Below are positions 40,530 through 49,461 of a stretch of 64,000 nucleotides of DNA, piece by piece; positions within the stretch are counted from its first letter, which is position 1, and every line of letters begins with the position of its first letter. Below the pieces are notes generated by a model. The model had not been told where the DNA came from. It saw only the letters and a list, made by a program, of their open reading frames with translations, and did no database searches. This stretch comes from an uncultured Gammaproteobacteria bacterium (GTDB lineage: Bacteria > Pseudomonadota > Gammaproteobacteria > Steroidobacterales > Rariloculaceae). The DNA lies in the NCBI GenBank assembly GCA_963742115.1, contig CAVUKQ010000004.1, positions 582,582 through 646,581 on the forward strand, in the 5' to 3' direction. The translations under genes and the position numbers were made by a program.

Positions 40530-40770
40530 GGTCCACGTGTGCCCGAACGGATCCTGCAACGTGCCGGATCGATCGCCGTAGAACTGATCCTTGACCGGAC
40601 GCACTTCCTTCGCTCCGGCCGTGATCGCTCGCTTGTAGACCTCGTCGACGCGGTCGACATACACCATGAGCCCGACGCCCGCGCCGCCCAACGATTGCGG
40701 GCTGCGGTGCCCCATGTCCGGAGCCTCGTCGGCCAACATGACCGCAGAATCGCCGATCTTGATTTCTGCG
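40530..40770 (-). pseudogene. PhnB-like VOC protein, internal fragment
   Basis: AEIKIGDSAVMLADE...DQFYGDRSG.L.DPFGH.W; both termini missing. Confidence 0.75.
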
Positions 40771-40779
40771 TACAGGCGC

Positions 40780-41196
40780 CTATCGCGGTTTGTCCACGAA
40801 TTTTCCGGGCGCCGCCTCGTGCGGCAGCGACCAGCCGAAGTACACCTCGACGTCGACGATCTCGTGTCCGCGGGTCGTCACGATCTCCGTGTTGCGGAAC
40901 GAGTGACCCGAACGCGTGCGTCCTTCGTACGTGACGAACACGCGATCGCGAGCCGCCACGAGATTCACGAATGTAAAGCTCTCGATGTTCTCGCTGTTCG
41001 GCCAGCACCGTGCGAAATAGCTCGAGCGATCGATGCGGTTGTCGAGCGGGCTCGTGAAATGAAAATCCGCGGCGAGCAAGCGCTCCATCCACTCGCGGCT
41101 CTTCGTGACATACGCGTCGTACGATGCCCGCACGAGCGCGACGGTCTCTTCGGGCGACGGCTCCGTCGCGGACGCCAGACCTTGCTGCGTTGCCAT
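40780..41196 (-). CDS. NTF2/SnoaL-like protein
   Basis: GGAGG RBS; DFHFTSP.D, RCWP, FRNTE, VEVYFGW. Confidence 0.85.
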   Translation of the reverse strand: MATQQGLASATEPSPEETVALVRASYDAYVTKSREWMERLLAADFHFTSPLDNRIDRSSYFARCWPNSENIESFTFVNLVAARDRVFVTYEGRTRSGHSFRNTEIVTTRGHEIVDVEVYFGWSLPHEAAPGKFVDKPR

Positions 41197-41285
41197 TGTT
41201 AACCTCCTTGGCATCAGTCTTGCCGATGGCTTCTAAGATCGAATGCCCCCACTGAGAACGAGTGCGACAAGTGATGAAAGTTCCC

Positions 41286-41316
41286 CGCGGAATCGACATG
41301 TCCGGTCAAATTTGAC
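41286..41316. promoter_or_regulatory. Second TGTCGA-type promoter (minus strand) abutting perfect palindrome GTCAAATTTGAC
   Basis: CCGGACATGTCGATTCCGCG on minus at 41305-41286; palindrome 41305-41316 between divergent genes. Confidence 0.5.
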
Positions 41317-41360
41317 ACCCTCCTCGTATGCACGCTCACGCGATGCATAAGGAGACGACC

Positions 41361-41810
41361 ATGTCGGAGCACCACGCGAGAATCGAGTGGCAGCGCAGTA
41401 GCCCTGATTTCACGTACATGACGTACAACCGCGCGCACGAATGGCAGTTCAAAGCGGCGAAAATTGCTGCTTCGGCGACGAAGGAATACCGCGGCGACGA
41501 GAGCAGAGTGAATCCCGAGGAGGCGCTCGTCGCGGCCCTGTCGTCGTGTCACATGCTGGTGTTTCTCGCCGTCGCCGCGAAGCGCAAGCTCGCGCTCGAC
41601 ACCTACTCCGACGATGCCGTCGGGGTCCTCGAGAAGAACGCCGACGGCAAGCTCGCGATCACGCGCGTGACATTACGGCCGCGAATCCTTTGGTCGGCCG
41701 GGGTCACCGTCTCGGCCGAGGACCTTGCGAAGATGCACCACGATGCTCACGAGGGCTGCTTCATTGCGAGCTCGGTCAAGACCGAGGTCAGCGTCGAGCC
41801 GCAACGCTGA
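41361..41810 (+). CDS. OsmC-family protein
   Basis: AAGGAG RBS; NPEE..VAALSSCHML, AH..CFIA.SV. Confidence 0.9.
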   Translation: MSEHHARIEWQRSSPDFTYMTYNRAHEWQFKAAKIAASATKEYRGDESRVNPEEALVAALSSCHMLVFLAVAAKRKLALDTYSDDAVGVLEKNADGKLAITRVTLRPRILWSAGVTVSAEDLAKMHHDAHEGCFIASSVKTEVSVEPQR

Positions 41811-41867
41811 TCGCGAGGAGCCCGCGACGGCGCTTCAGCGCCGCGCCGCGGGACGAGGGGAAACGCC

Positions 41868-41972
41868 GTGAGCCCCGAGGAACGTAGGCACGCGTGGATC
41901 CTCATCTTGATCGCGCTCGCCGGGCTCGTTTGGCTTGCCGTCGCTGCGTGGCTCGGATTCAGTACGGCCTGA
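41868..41972 (+). CDS. Putative 34-aa single-TM small protein
   Basis: GAGGGG RBS 7 nt before GTG; MSPEERRHAWILILIALAGLVWLAVAAWLGFSTA. Confidence 0.5.
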   Translation: MSPEERRHAWILILIALAGLVWLAVAAWLGFSTA

Positions 41973-42065
41973 GGCAGTCGCGGGCCGCACAGCGTCTCCC
42001 GCGCCCCGGACGGCGACCAGATACGATCGGCCCTAGATTTAGCGTCGTCACCTGGCATAGTCCTA

Positions 42066-44087
42066 ATGATGCGCACGCGTGAGCTACTTTCGTTGCTCGC
42101 TGCATGCGCCACCGTCGGCGCATGCGACACCCGCGTGAATGTGGACGCGGCCGCGAACGCGAGTGCGCAATTCTCGAGCGTGCTCGTCACCGTGGACGAG
42201 GTGTGGCTCAACGAGAACGCCACGGCGGCACCCGAGGACGGGGACTGGCTCAAATTCCCGCTCGCACAACCCCGTACGCTCGAGCTCGTGGAGGTCGACG
42301 ACGACGCGGTGACCGAGCTTGCGAGCGAGCTCAAGGTCGAGCCCGGAACCTATCACCAGATTCGTCTGTTGCTCGTCGACCGCGGCGAACCGCTGACTGA
42401 ATCGGCGCGAATGGCGGGCGCGACGTTCAACGATCAAGTGACCTACTTCGACGCGAACCGCGTCAAAACCACGGTGCCGCTCGAGGTCGCGGACGCCGCG
42501 CGCGGAATCGGGATCGAAACGGAGCTCGTCGTGCAGATACCGACGGATACCGTGATCGCCGCGCTCGCGGCCGCTTCCGCACCGTCGAATACGCGCTCGA
42601 GCTTGACCGGTGTGACGCCGACCCAGACGACGATCTCGGGAACGACGCTGCAGCGCACGACGGTCACGAATCCGTTCGCACCGGCTACGCCCTCGACGGG
42701 CACCGCAGCACCGATCGCCGCGCCGACCGTCGGCCAGCCGACCGTGCCGAGCGTCGACGTGCCCATGACGCCCGGCGAGTTGCTCGGCAACTCGCCGCCG
42801 GGCTCGTCGACGACGAATCCCGCGTTGACCGGTGGCACACCCGTCGTGACGCCCGCACCCCTCACGCCGATCGCTCCAATCACTCCGATCACACCGACTA
42901 CGCCGACGCCGACCCCTACGCCCCCCGGGAGCGGCGGCATCGACCGAACGGTGACGGTCACCTCGAGCGTCTTCTTCGACGCAGCCCGCGATCTCGTCGC
43001 GTTCCGCTTCAGCGATCGGCCGGGGTTCGTGCTGAACCCGCGCCTCGTTGCGTTCGATCTCGACAAAGTTGGCAGCATTCAGGCGCAGCTCGACGTCTCG
43101 TCGGTCGCGCCGAACCCCGACACGGGCCGCCCCGACGTCGAAGTGACGGCAGAGCGGCTCGATGAGGAGCTCGGCCGGCGCGTCGAGGTCGCGAGCGCGC
43201 CGGTGCGCGCCGACGGCGGTTTCACGCTGTATCCACTTCCGGTCGATAAGCAGGCGGACGACCCTACAACCTACGACCTCGTGATCCACGGTCCGGCCGT
43301 GACCACAGTGATCATTCGCGGCGTGCCCGCGACGGAAGGCGCACCGGACTCGAGCGCGGACGTCGCGTTCGACACCATCACGTTGCTCGCGTCGGAGACC
43401 TATCGCGTCAATCTCGAAGCGGGCGGCGCGGTCGCGCCGCGCGGAGCGCGCGTGCGGTTCTACCAGACGCTCAAGGACGACGCCGCGCCGTTCCTGATCG
43501 ACGAGCTACCCGTCGACCCGCTGACCGGCCGGTTCGCGACGGACGAGCCGTTGTCCGCGGCGCAGGTGGTGATGTACGGCACGTTCGACACTTCGTTCGC
43601 CGTAGTCGCCGCGGCGCCGACGGAGGGCGCAGCGCGCTACTCCGTCGCAGCGTTCGCGCCGCTCTACGGCAACGGCGACTTCGCGAGCACGCCGATTGCG
43701 CCGCCCGCGGCGCTGGCGAACACGGTTGCGTTCAACGTCCCTGAGGTTCCGATTCCTTCGGGCGCGACCGCGGGCACCATCGCGGCGAACGTCAACGCCA
43801 CAACCCCGGGCAAGTACGACAGCGGTGCGTTGCTCGTGACTCACGACGGCACCATCGTCACAGCGGCTCCGCTCGCCGCGGCGCTCGGAGGCGCACAGCC
43901 CTCGACCGTGAACGTCGCGAACGTGCCCGCGAGCGCGTCGTCGGAATTCGAGCGCGGCCTCTACTATCTCGAAGCGTGGGCGTGGAACTCCGCGGACCCG
44001 GAAGGGTCGTTCACACGGCAGCCCGTGACCGGCGCCGTGGACCTGCGCGCGACGTCGACGGCGAGCGCTGAAGTTACGGTGAACTGA
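42066..44087 (+). CDS. DUF4382-like lipoprotein with long Pro/Thr-rich insertion
   Basis: Lipobox VGAC; V.V.EVW, G.Y.QIRL.L; P/T-rich segment at about 42580-42930. Confidence 0.65.
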   Translation: MMRTRELLSLLAACATVGACDTRVNVDAAANASAQFSSVLVTVDEVWLNENATAAPEDGDWLKFPLAQPRTLELVEVDDDAVTELASELKVEPGTYHQIRLLLVDRGEPLTESARMAGATFNDQVTYFDANRVKTTVPLEVADAARGIGIETELVVQIPTDTVIAALAAASAPSNTRSSLTGVTPTQTTISGTTLQRTTVTNPFAPATPSTGTAAPIAAPTVGQPTVPSVDVPMTPGELLGNSPPGSSTTNPALTGGTPVVTPAPLTPIAPITPITPTTPTPTPTPPGSGGIDRTVTVTSSVFFDAARDLVAFRFSDRPGFVLNPRLVAFDLDKVGSIQAQLDVSSVAPNPDTGRPDVEVTAERLDEELGRRVEVASAPVRADGGFTLYPLPVDKQADDPTTYDLVIHGPAVTTVIIRGVPATEGAPDSSADVAFDTITLLASETYRVNLEAGGAVAPRGARVRFYQTLKDDAAPFLIDELPVDPLTGRFATDEPLSAAQVVMYGTFDTSFAVVAAAPTEGAARYSVAAFAPLYGNGDFASTPIAPPAALANTVAFNVPEVPIPSGATAGTIAANVNATTPGKYDSGALLVTHDGTIVTAAPLAAALGGAQPSTVNVANVPASASSEFERGLYYLEAWAWNSADPEGSFTRQPVTGAVDLRATSTASAEVTVN

Positions 44088-44095
44088 CACCGCCG

Positions 44096-44992
44096 ATGGC
44101 TACGGAACATTGGCCCGCACTGCCCTACGACGCGTGGAAAGACACCTACGCGACGCTGCACATGTGGGCACAGATCGTCGGCAAAGTAGCGCTCGCGCAG
44201 GCGCCGCCGCTGAACCACTCGTGGGCCTCCGCGCTGCAGGTCTCGGCCCGCGGGCTTCGTACCAACCTGCTGCCCCATGGCAACCGATCGTTCACGGTGG
44301 AGCTCGACTTCGTCGCTCACGAGCTCGTGATCGAGACGACCGACGGAGCGCGCCGGACGTTGCCGCTCGCGCCGCGCTCAGTAGCCGATTTCTACGCCGA
44401 CGTGATGACGACGCTCAAAGCTATGGGCCTGCCGGTCCGGATCTGGTCGACGCCGGTCGAGATTCCTTCGCCGATTCCGTTCGAGCAGGACAAGCTGCAT
44501 CACTCCTACGATCCCGAGCTCGCGAATCGCTTCTGGCGGATCGTCGTCGACGTGCAGCGTGTGTTCGCGGCGTGTCGCTGCGCGTTCATCGGCAAGTGCA
44601 GCCCCGTCCACTTCTTCTGGGGAAGCTTCGACCTCGCCGTCACTCGATTTTCCGGCAAGCCCGCGCCCGCACGAGAAGGGCCGCAATTCATGCGCGAGGC
44701 CTATTCGCACGAAGTGGTGAGCCACGGCTTCTGGCCCGGAAGCGGGCTGGCGCTTTACCCCGCGTTCTACGCGTATGCCGTGCCCGAGCCCAACGGCTTC
44801 AAAACGGCACGCGCCGAACCCGCCGAGGCTTTCTATCACGGCGAGATGGGCGAATTCCTGCTGCCCTACGAAGCGGTGCGCTCCGCGCCTTCACCCGAGG
44901 CGGCCATCAGCGCGTTCGTGGACAGCACGTACGCTGCGGCGGCAACGCTCGCCGGCTGGGATCGCGTGGCACTCGAGAGGCGGAAAGACTGA
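44096..44992 (+). CDS. DUF5996 family protein
   Basis: W.DT..TLH.W.QIVGK, F.GK.SPVHFFWGSFDLAVTRFSG, GFWPG, FYAYA.PEP. Confidence 0.85.
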   Translation: MATEHWPALPYDAWKDTYATLHMWAQIVGKVALAQAPPLNHSWASALQVSARGLRTNLLPHGNRSFTVELDFVAHELVIETTDGARRTLPLAPRSVADFYADVMTTLKAMGLPVRIWSTPVEIPSPIPFEQDKLHHSYDPELANRFWRIVVDVQRVFAACRCAFIGKCSPVHFFWGSFDLAVTRFSGKPAPAREGPQFMREAYSHEVVSHGFWPGSGLALYPAFYAYAVPEPNGFKTARAEPAEAFYHGEMGEFLLPYEAVRSAPSPEAAISAFVDSTYAAAATLAGWDRVALERRKD

Positions 44993-45026
44993 CGGCGCTG
45001 TCACCCGCCTCCGCGACTGACTCTCG

Positions 45027-45100
45027 CTCGTTCCGATGTTCCCGCGGAAGCGTGCACGACATCGGTGCGAAATCCCTCCGCGGAGGGATTTCACGCCGCC
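45027..45100. repeat. 74-bp double-palindrome element, copy 2
   Basis: Perfect 24-bp palindrome GAAATCCCTCCGCGGAGGGATTTC; CCGATGT...ACATCGG stem. Confidence 0.9.
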
Positions 45101-45101
45101 T

Positions 45102-45152
45102 TCAAATCCACAGCGCGCCGAGCTCGAGCAACGCGTCGAACGGCGGCTCGAG
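45102..45152 (-). pseudogene. Probable C-terminal remnant of a Uma2-family gene
   Basis: LEPPFDALLELGALWI-stop resembles the Uma2 ending (PFDA.EL.L.ALW); stop lies 1 nt from the 74-bp element. Confidence 0.5.
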
Positions 45153-45260
45153 CGGCCGGGCACATTCTCCGGATTCGCATCGGGTCGCGGCTCGCGGCGT
45201 GCGGCCGACGCGTGTGCGCCGAGACGCGGCGCCGGCGCGCCGAGCGGCGACCGCGTAGGC

Positions 45261-46670
45261 TCAAGGTTTCGCGCGCGCCGCGCGCCGAGCCGCGTTGCTG
45301 TCCGGAGTCACCCACTCCACGTCTTCCGCCGGCAACACACGCTGCTGGTAGACGAACAGCTCCGTCACGGCTTCGGAGGCAAACTCCAGCAGCGTCACCT
45401 GCAGTGGACGGTTTTCCTTTCGTGCTCGCTCGATCGCAGCATAGAGCGCCTCGAGCGACCCGACGGGTTGATGATCGACGCTCACGAGCAAATCGAATTG
45501 CTGAATCGCGGCGGCCTCCGCGTCGGAGCCAGGCTCGATGTGATGCACCATGAGCGCGTACTCCTGCGCGAGGTGGCCACGGGTCATCGGTTCCGCGTCG
45601 GCGAAGAGCGCGCCGGCGACCATCAGCCCGCGCCGCTCGAGAATCCGCGCGGCAGGCGGCCAGCTGCCGGTGACCTTCACGATGGCGTCGCCACGCCGCA
45701 CGAATAGAGCCACGTCGCCGAGCTTCCCGCGCAGCGCGTCGGCCAGATCCGTTTCGTTTGCCACTGTTTGCTCGGGACGTCCGACCGCGATGACTTGATC
45801 GCCGACGCGCAACGCGAGCGAGCCCGCGGCCAAGCGAGAGCGGGCCACTATGAGCGTTTGATCGCCGTACTCATCCACCGCGAAGTCGACGAGCCGATCC
45901 GGCGGCGACGGGTCTTGATCGTTCTCGAGCAGATGGAGGATCGTGCACGCGTAAGGCATCGGCACGGCGAACGACAGGCCTTCGACTTCCTCCTCGGAGA
46001 CCTTGGCGGCGTTGACTCCGACCACCTTGCCCGTCTCGAGGCTGATCAACGGACCGCCGGAGTTGCCCTCGTTGATGGGCGCGTCCGTTTGCAACATGGT
46101 GGGCCCTAGCCGCGACGTCACCGCCGAAGTGATGCCGCGCGTCCCAGTGAATCGGAATCCCCAGGGATGCCCGAACGCTCCAACCGGATGGCCCACCGGC
46201 GGCACGGCCTCGCAGTCCAGCTCAGGCACCGCCGGTTGAGTCGCGAGCGCCTTCGGGTCATAGGCCACAACGGCGAGGTCCAAGTGAGGATCCACGTAGA
46301 CACGCTCGGCGCGAATCGGTTTGAGGTCTGCAAACGCAACGCCCAAAGTGGCGTACGAATGACTGGCCACATGCGCATTGGTCAGGATCCAGCCGCGCTT
46401 CGCATCCACCACGAGCCCGGCGCCATAGTACGAGCCGATCTGGTCCTCGATGAACGGTCGACTGACCGAGCCGCGGATCTGGACCGTCCATTTCCGCGCT
46501 CCCGCAAAGGCCTGCTCTCCGGGGCTCTGCGCGAGCGCGAAATGCGCAACCGCGCAGCCTACGAGGAGAGTGCCGTAGCGCGTCGTGCGACCGGCTGCGT
46601 GCGCGCCTCGTGCCGTGAGTCGTTGACGAAGTCGTATTGGCACTAACGAAGCAATCCTGTTTGCGGCCAT
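45261..46670 (-). CDS. Trypsin-like serine protease with PDZ domains (HtrA/Nma111-like)
   Basis: ILTNAHV, DPHLDLAV, QTDAPINEGNSGGPL; two PDZ-like segments. Confidence 0.85.
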   Translation of the reverse strand: MAANRIASLVPIRLRQRLTARGAHAAGRTTRYGTLLVGCAVAHFALAQSPGEQAFAGARKWTVQIRGSVSRPFIEDQIGSYYGAGLVVDAKRGWILTNAHVASHSYATLGVAFADLKPIRAERVYVDPHLDLAVVAYDPKALATQPAVPELDCEAVPPVGHPVGAFGHPWGFRFTGTRGITSAVTSRLGPTMLQTDAPINEGNSGGPLISLETGKVVGVNAAKVSEEEVEGLSFAVPMPYACTILHLLENDQDPSPPDRLVDFAVDEYGDQTLIVARSRLAAGSLALRVGDQVIAVGRPEQTVANETDLADALRGKLGDVALFVRRGDAIVKVTGSWPPAARILERRGLMVAGALFADAEPMTRGHLAQEYALMVHHIEPGSDAEAAAIQQFDLLVSVDHQPVGSLEALYAAIERARKENRPLQVTLLEFASEAVTELFVYQQRVLPAEDVEWVTPDSNAARRAARAKP

Positions 46671-47116
46671 GGCGATCTCAACGCAATGTGAAGGCCGCCA
46701 CTATCGATCAAAGCGCGCGCACAATCACGCGCAACCGCGCGGGTCGGGCAGCGGACGCTCGCGTGCACTCGTCCCTCCCGAGATCGTTAGGTTACTTGTC
46801 GTTCTACCGCGACTTGTCAATCGGCTTTACGAATGCCGCCGGACCTGAGCGCGCGTGCCGCACAGCGAGGCGAGTGTCGCGCGCTTCGCGCAGGCGTCCA
46901 ACACCCTAAGCTCAGCCGTCGTCGCGCCGAGCGAACGAAGGACCGTCGAACGAAGCGCATCGCGAGAGCGTAGCGCGAACGTGATGCCAAACCCCGGCAC
47001 GCGACAAAGCCACTGGCTATAGCGATACCGCGGTGCTATTCCCTTGAGTGTTGCTTAGTCAAACAACGTCACGCATAGCGGCGCGGTCCCAACGGCCCGT
47101 CGAAGGAGAGAACCTC

Positions 47117-47569
47117 ATGAGCCTGTTCGGCAATATCCTCGAAAAGCTCGGTGTCGGCGGCGGGGCAGCTACGGGCCATCCGCCGCCCACGTCGACCGCG
47201 CCGCCCCCGACCACCGGCAAGATCGAGAGCGCAACACTCAGCGCGGGTCCCCCGCCGGGCGCGCCGACGCCCACGCCGACACCGACGCCGAGCTCGACGA
47301 CTCAGACGCCGGTCGATATTTCCGCTCTGCTCGAGCAGCGCGCCGCCGCGAGCTCACAGAAGCTCAACTGGCGCACGTCGATCGTCGATCTGCTCAAGCT
47401 GCTCGATATCGATAGCAGCATCGACACGCGCAAGCAGCTCGCGACGGAGCTCGGCTGCCCGCCGGAGTTCATGAGTGACTCAGCAAAGATGAACACCTGG
47501 TTGCACAAGGCCGTGCTCGCACGCGTCGCCGCCAACGGCGGCATCGTGCCGAAGGAGCTTCTGCATTGA
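47117..47569 (+). CDS. DUF3597 family protein
   Basis: AAGGAG RBS; Pro/Thr linker; LNWRTSIVDLLKLLD.DSS...RK.LA.ELG, DSA.MN.WLHK. Confidence 0.9.
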   Translation: MSLFGNILEKLGVGGGAATGHPPPTSTAPPPTTGKIESATLSAGPPPGAPTPTPTPTPSSTTQTPVDISALLEQRAAASSQKLNWRTSIVDLLKLLDIDSSIDTRKQLATELGCPPEFMSDSAKMNTWLHKAVLARVAANGGIVPKELLH

Positions 47570-47605
47570 TGAAGCGAGCTCGACACCACACGCGGGAGTA
47601 GACAG

Positions 47606-48217
47606 ATGAATATCACGGACCTCCTCGCCCGAACGGGCGGCCTCGGTTCGATCGCGCGCGAGCTCGGCATGAGCGAGACGCAGGCGTCGAACGGCGCCGC
47701 AGCGCTGCTGCCGGCGATCCTCGGCGGATTCAAGAAGCGGGCGCAATCCCAGCCCGGCGGTATCGAAGGGCTCGGTGACTCGCTCGGGCGGCTCGGCGGC
47801 GGCGGCTTGCTCGACGACGTGCTTGCACCCCAGCCCACTGACGTGAGCCGCGGCAACGAAGTGCTCGGCGAGATCTTCGGGTCGAAGGACGTGAGCCGCA
47901 CGGTGGCTCAGAACGCGGCATCGCAGTCCGGGCTCGACACGAACGCGCTGAAGAAGATGCTGCCGATGCTCGCGATGGTCGTCGCCGGCTACATGGCGAA
48001 GCACCGAGCCGGCGCGGCAGGGTCGTCCGCCGGCGGCGGCCTCGGCGGTCTCGTCGGGGGGCTCATTGGTGGCGGCGGTCGAACCGGCGCCAACCGAGCC
48101 GCAACTCCGGGCGTCGCGGGCGCGGCGTCGGGTGGAATCGGCTCGATGCTCGACCTGAACGGCGACGGCAACGCGCTCGACGACATCATGCGAATGGCCG
48201 GTAAGGCGTTTCGCTAG
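47606..48217 (+). CDS. DUF937 family protein
   Basis: GNEVLG.IFGSKDVSR.VA..A...SG, KKMLP.LA, LD..GDGN.LDDI. Confidence 0.85.
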   Translation: MNITDLLARTGGLGSIARELGMSETQASNGAAALLPAILGGFKKRAQSQPGGIEGLGDSLGRLGGGGLLDDVLAPQPTDVSRGNEVLGEIFGSKDVSRTVAQNAASQSGLDTNALKKMLPMLAMVVAGYMAKHRAGAAGSSAGGGLGGLVGGLIGGGGRTGANRAATPGVAGAASGGIGSMLDLNGDGNALDDIMRMAGKAFR

Positions 48218-48280
48218 CGCCGCTTTCGCGAGAGCTCGCGCGCACGCGAGCGACCCGCGTTCGCTAGCGGCGCTGCGCAA

Positions 48281-48320
48281 GGCTCGCGGCGCGGCGAGCC
48301 TAGCGTCGCTCTGCGACGCT
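48281..48320. terminator. GC-rich hairpin pair between convergent genes
   Basis: GGCTCGC...GCGAGCC and AGCGTCGC-TCT-GCGACGCT; no U-tract. Confidence 0.3.
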
Positions 48321-48393
48321 CGCCGCGCGCGCTGCGACGCTCTCGCGGCGCGCGCGAACCGCGACAGCGCGCGGGTCCGCGGCTGTCTTACTA

Positions 48394-48840
48394 CTAGTGC
48401 CTTCGCCCGGGACGGTTCTGTTCCACGCTCGTAAGGACGCGGCTCAACGCAAACCCGACGGCCACACCGCCGGCGATGAACAGCGCCGGATTGCGCTGCA
48501 CGAGGCCGCGCGCGTCGTTGATCACCTCGTCGAGCCCACGGTTCTCGAAATAGGACGAGAGTTTGCGAATCTGCTCCGATAGCCCGGCCGCGGCCTGACT
48601 GAGCTTTTCATGACCCGAGTCCGCGAGCGCGCTCGCGGCGCTGTCCACGGCGCCGGAGGTCTCGCTCGCGGCCGCGGCGGCGGCGCTCGACGCGTCGCGA
48701 TAGAGCATTTCCGCTGGCTGCTCCTCGCCGCTCGCCGCAGCGTGATCGACGCTCGCGACGCTCGCGAGGTGTTCAGCCGCGCTGGAGGTGGTCGAATCGG
48801 TGTTTGGAAAAACGGGATTTTCGGTCTCGGCTGAATTCAT
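48394..48840 (-). CDS. Small tail-anchored protein (ElaB/DUF883-like)
   Basis: Ala/Ser-rich helical body then RNPALFIAGGVAVGFALSRVL and a basic tail. Confidence 0.7.
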   Translation of the reverse strand: MNSAETENPVFPNTDSTTSSAAEHLASVASVDHAAASGEEQPAEMLYRDASSAAAAAASETSGAVDSAASALADSGHEKLSQAAAGLSEQIRKLSSYFENRGLDEVINDARGLVQRNPALFIAGGVAVGFALSRVLTSVEQNRPGRRH

Positions 48841-48936
48841 AGGGGTTCTCTCGGTTAGTGCGTTCAGGGATGTTCGGCCTCGCATCGCGAAGCGCTGCAC
48901 TTGCAGTGCGTCGTAGGCCCGCGATTGCTCGAGTGG

Positions 48937-48952
48937 TGCAGCTTCCGTGCCA
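48937..48952 (-). promoter_or_regulatory. Sigma54 -24/-12 promoter
   Basis: TGGCACGGAAGCTGCA vs consensus TGGCACGnnnnTTGCW. Confidence 0.55.
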
Positions 48953-49012
48953 CTGACGCAAGCAGCAAGGCACGTCGGCCGCGCTGGCCGAACGTGCCTC
49001 CCTGGACCTCGC

Positions 49013-49402
49013 CTAGTCCCTGGGCTTCAGCAACTCCGCTTTCGCCTTGTTGACGTCGTGAACCGCCTCGGCTTGGTCCTTGCAACTGGCCTGGCTGCTG
49101 CCGTCCAACGCGTTGCATTTTTCCGTGGCAACTTTGTAATCGCCGTCCGCTTTCGCGATCGCGACTTCATAGTTCCTTTGTGACGCCGCCTCGTTCACAT
49201 CGCGGCGTTCCGCCGTGACGTCCTTCTCTTGGCGTTGAATCGCCTGCGCGCCTTCTTGACGGGCGTCGGCGACCTTCTCGTTGCGATCCGCTTGCGCCTT
49301 CGAGACTTCGCGGTTCACCTGGGCGGGTGACTCCGCCTGGTTACATCCCGCAACTGCGGCGCCGAAAATCAGCATCGATCCTATCGTGATGAGTCTATTC
49401 AT
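49013..49402 (-). CDS. Small helical lipoprotein with a Cys pair
   Basis: GGAGGA RBS; lipobox VAGC; EKCNAL.G..Q..CKD.A. Confidence 0.8.
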   Translation of the reverse strand: MNRLITIGSMLIFGAAVAGCNQAESPAQVNREVSKAQADRNEKVADARQEGAQAIQRQEKDVTAERRDVNEAASQRNYEVAIAKADGDYKVATEKCNALDGSSQASCKDQAEAVHDVNKAKAELLKPRD

Positions 49403-49461
49403 GTTCTTCCTCCATGTGTGTCAATCGCTGCGTTGCGAAGCAACCAGCAGTGTGTCTGTGC

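Noticed and set aside
42053-42070. TGGCAT upstream of the DUF4382-like gene as a sigma54 promoter
   Set aside because: No GC at the -12 position
30834-45100. 74-bp repeat as a CRISPR array or IS terminal repeats
   Set aside because: Only two direct-orientation copies 14 kb apart, no spacers, cas or transposase genes; the intervening genes do not look like one composite transposon
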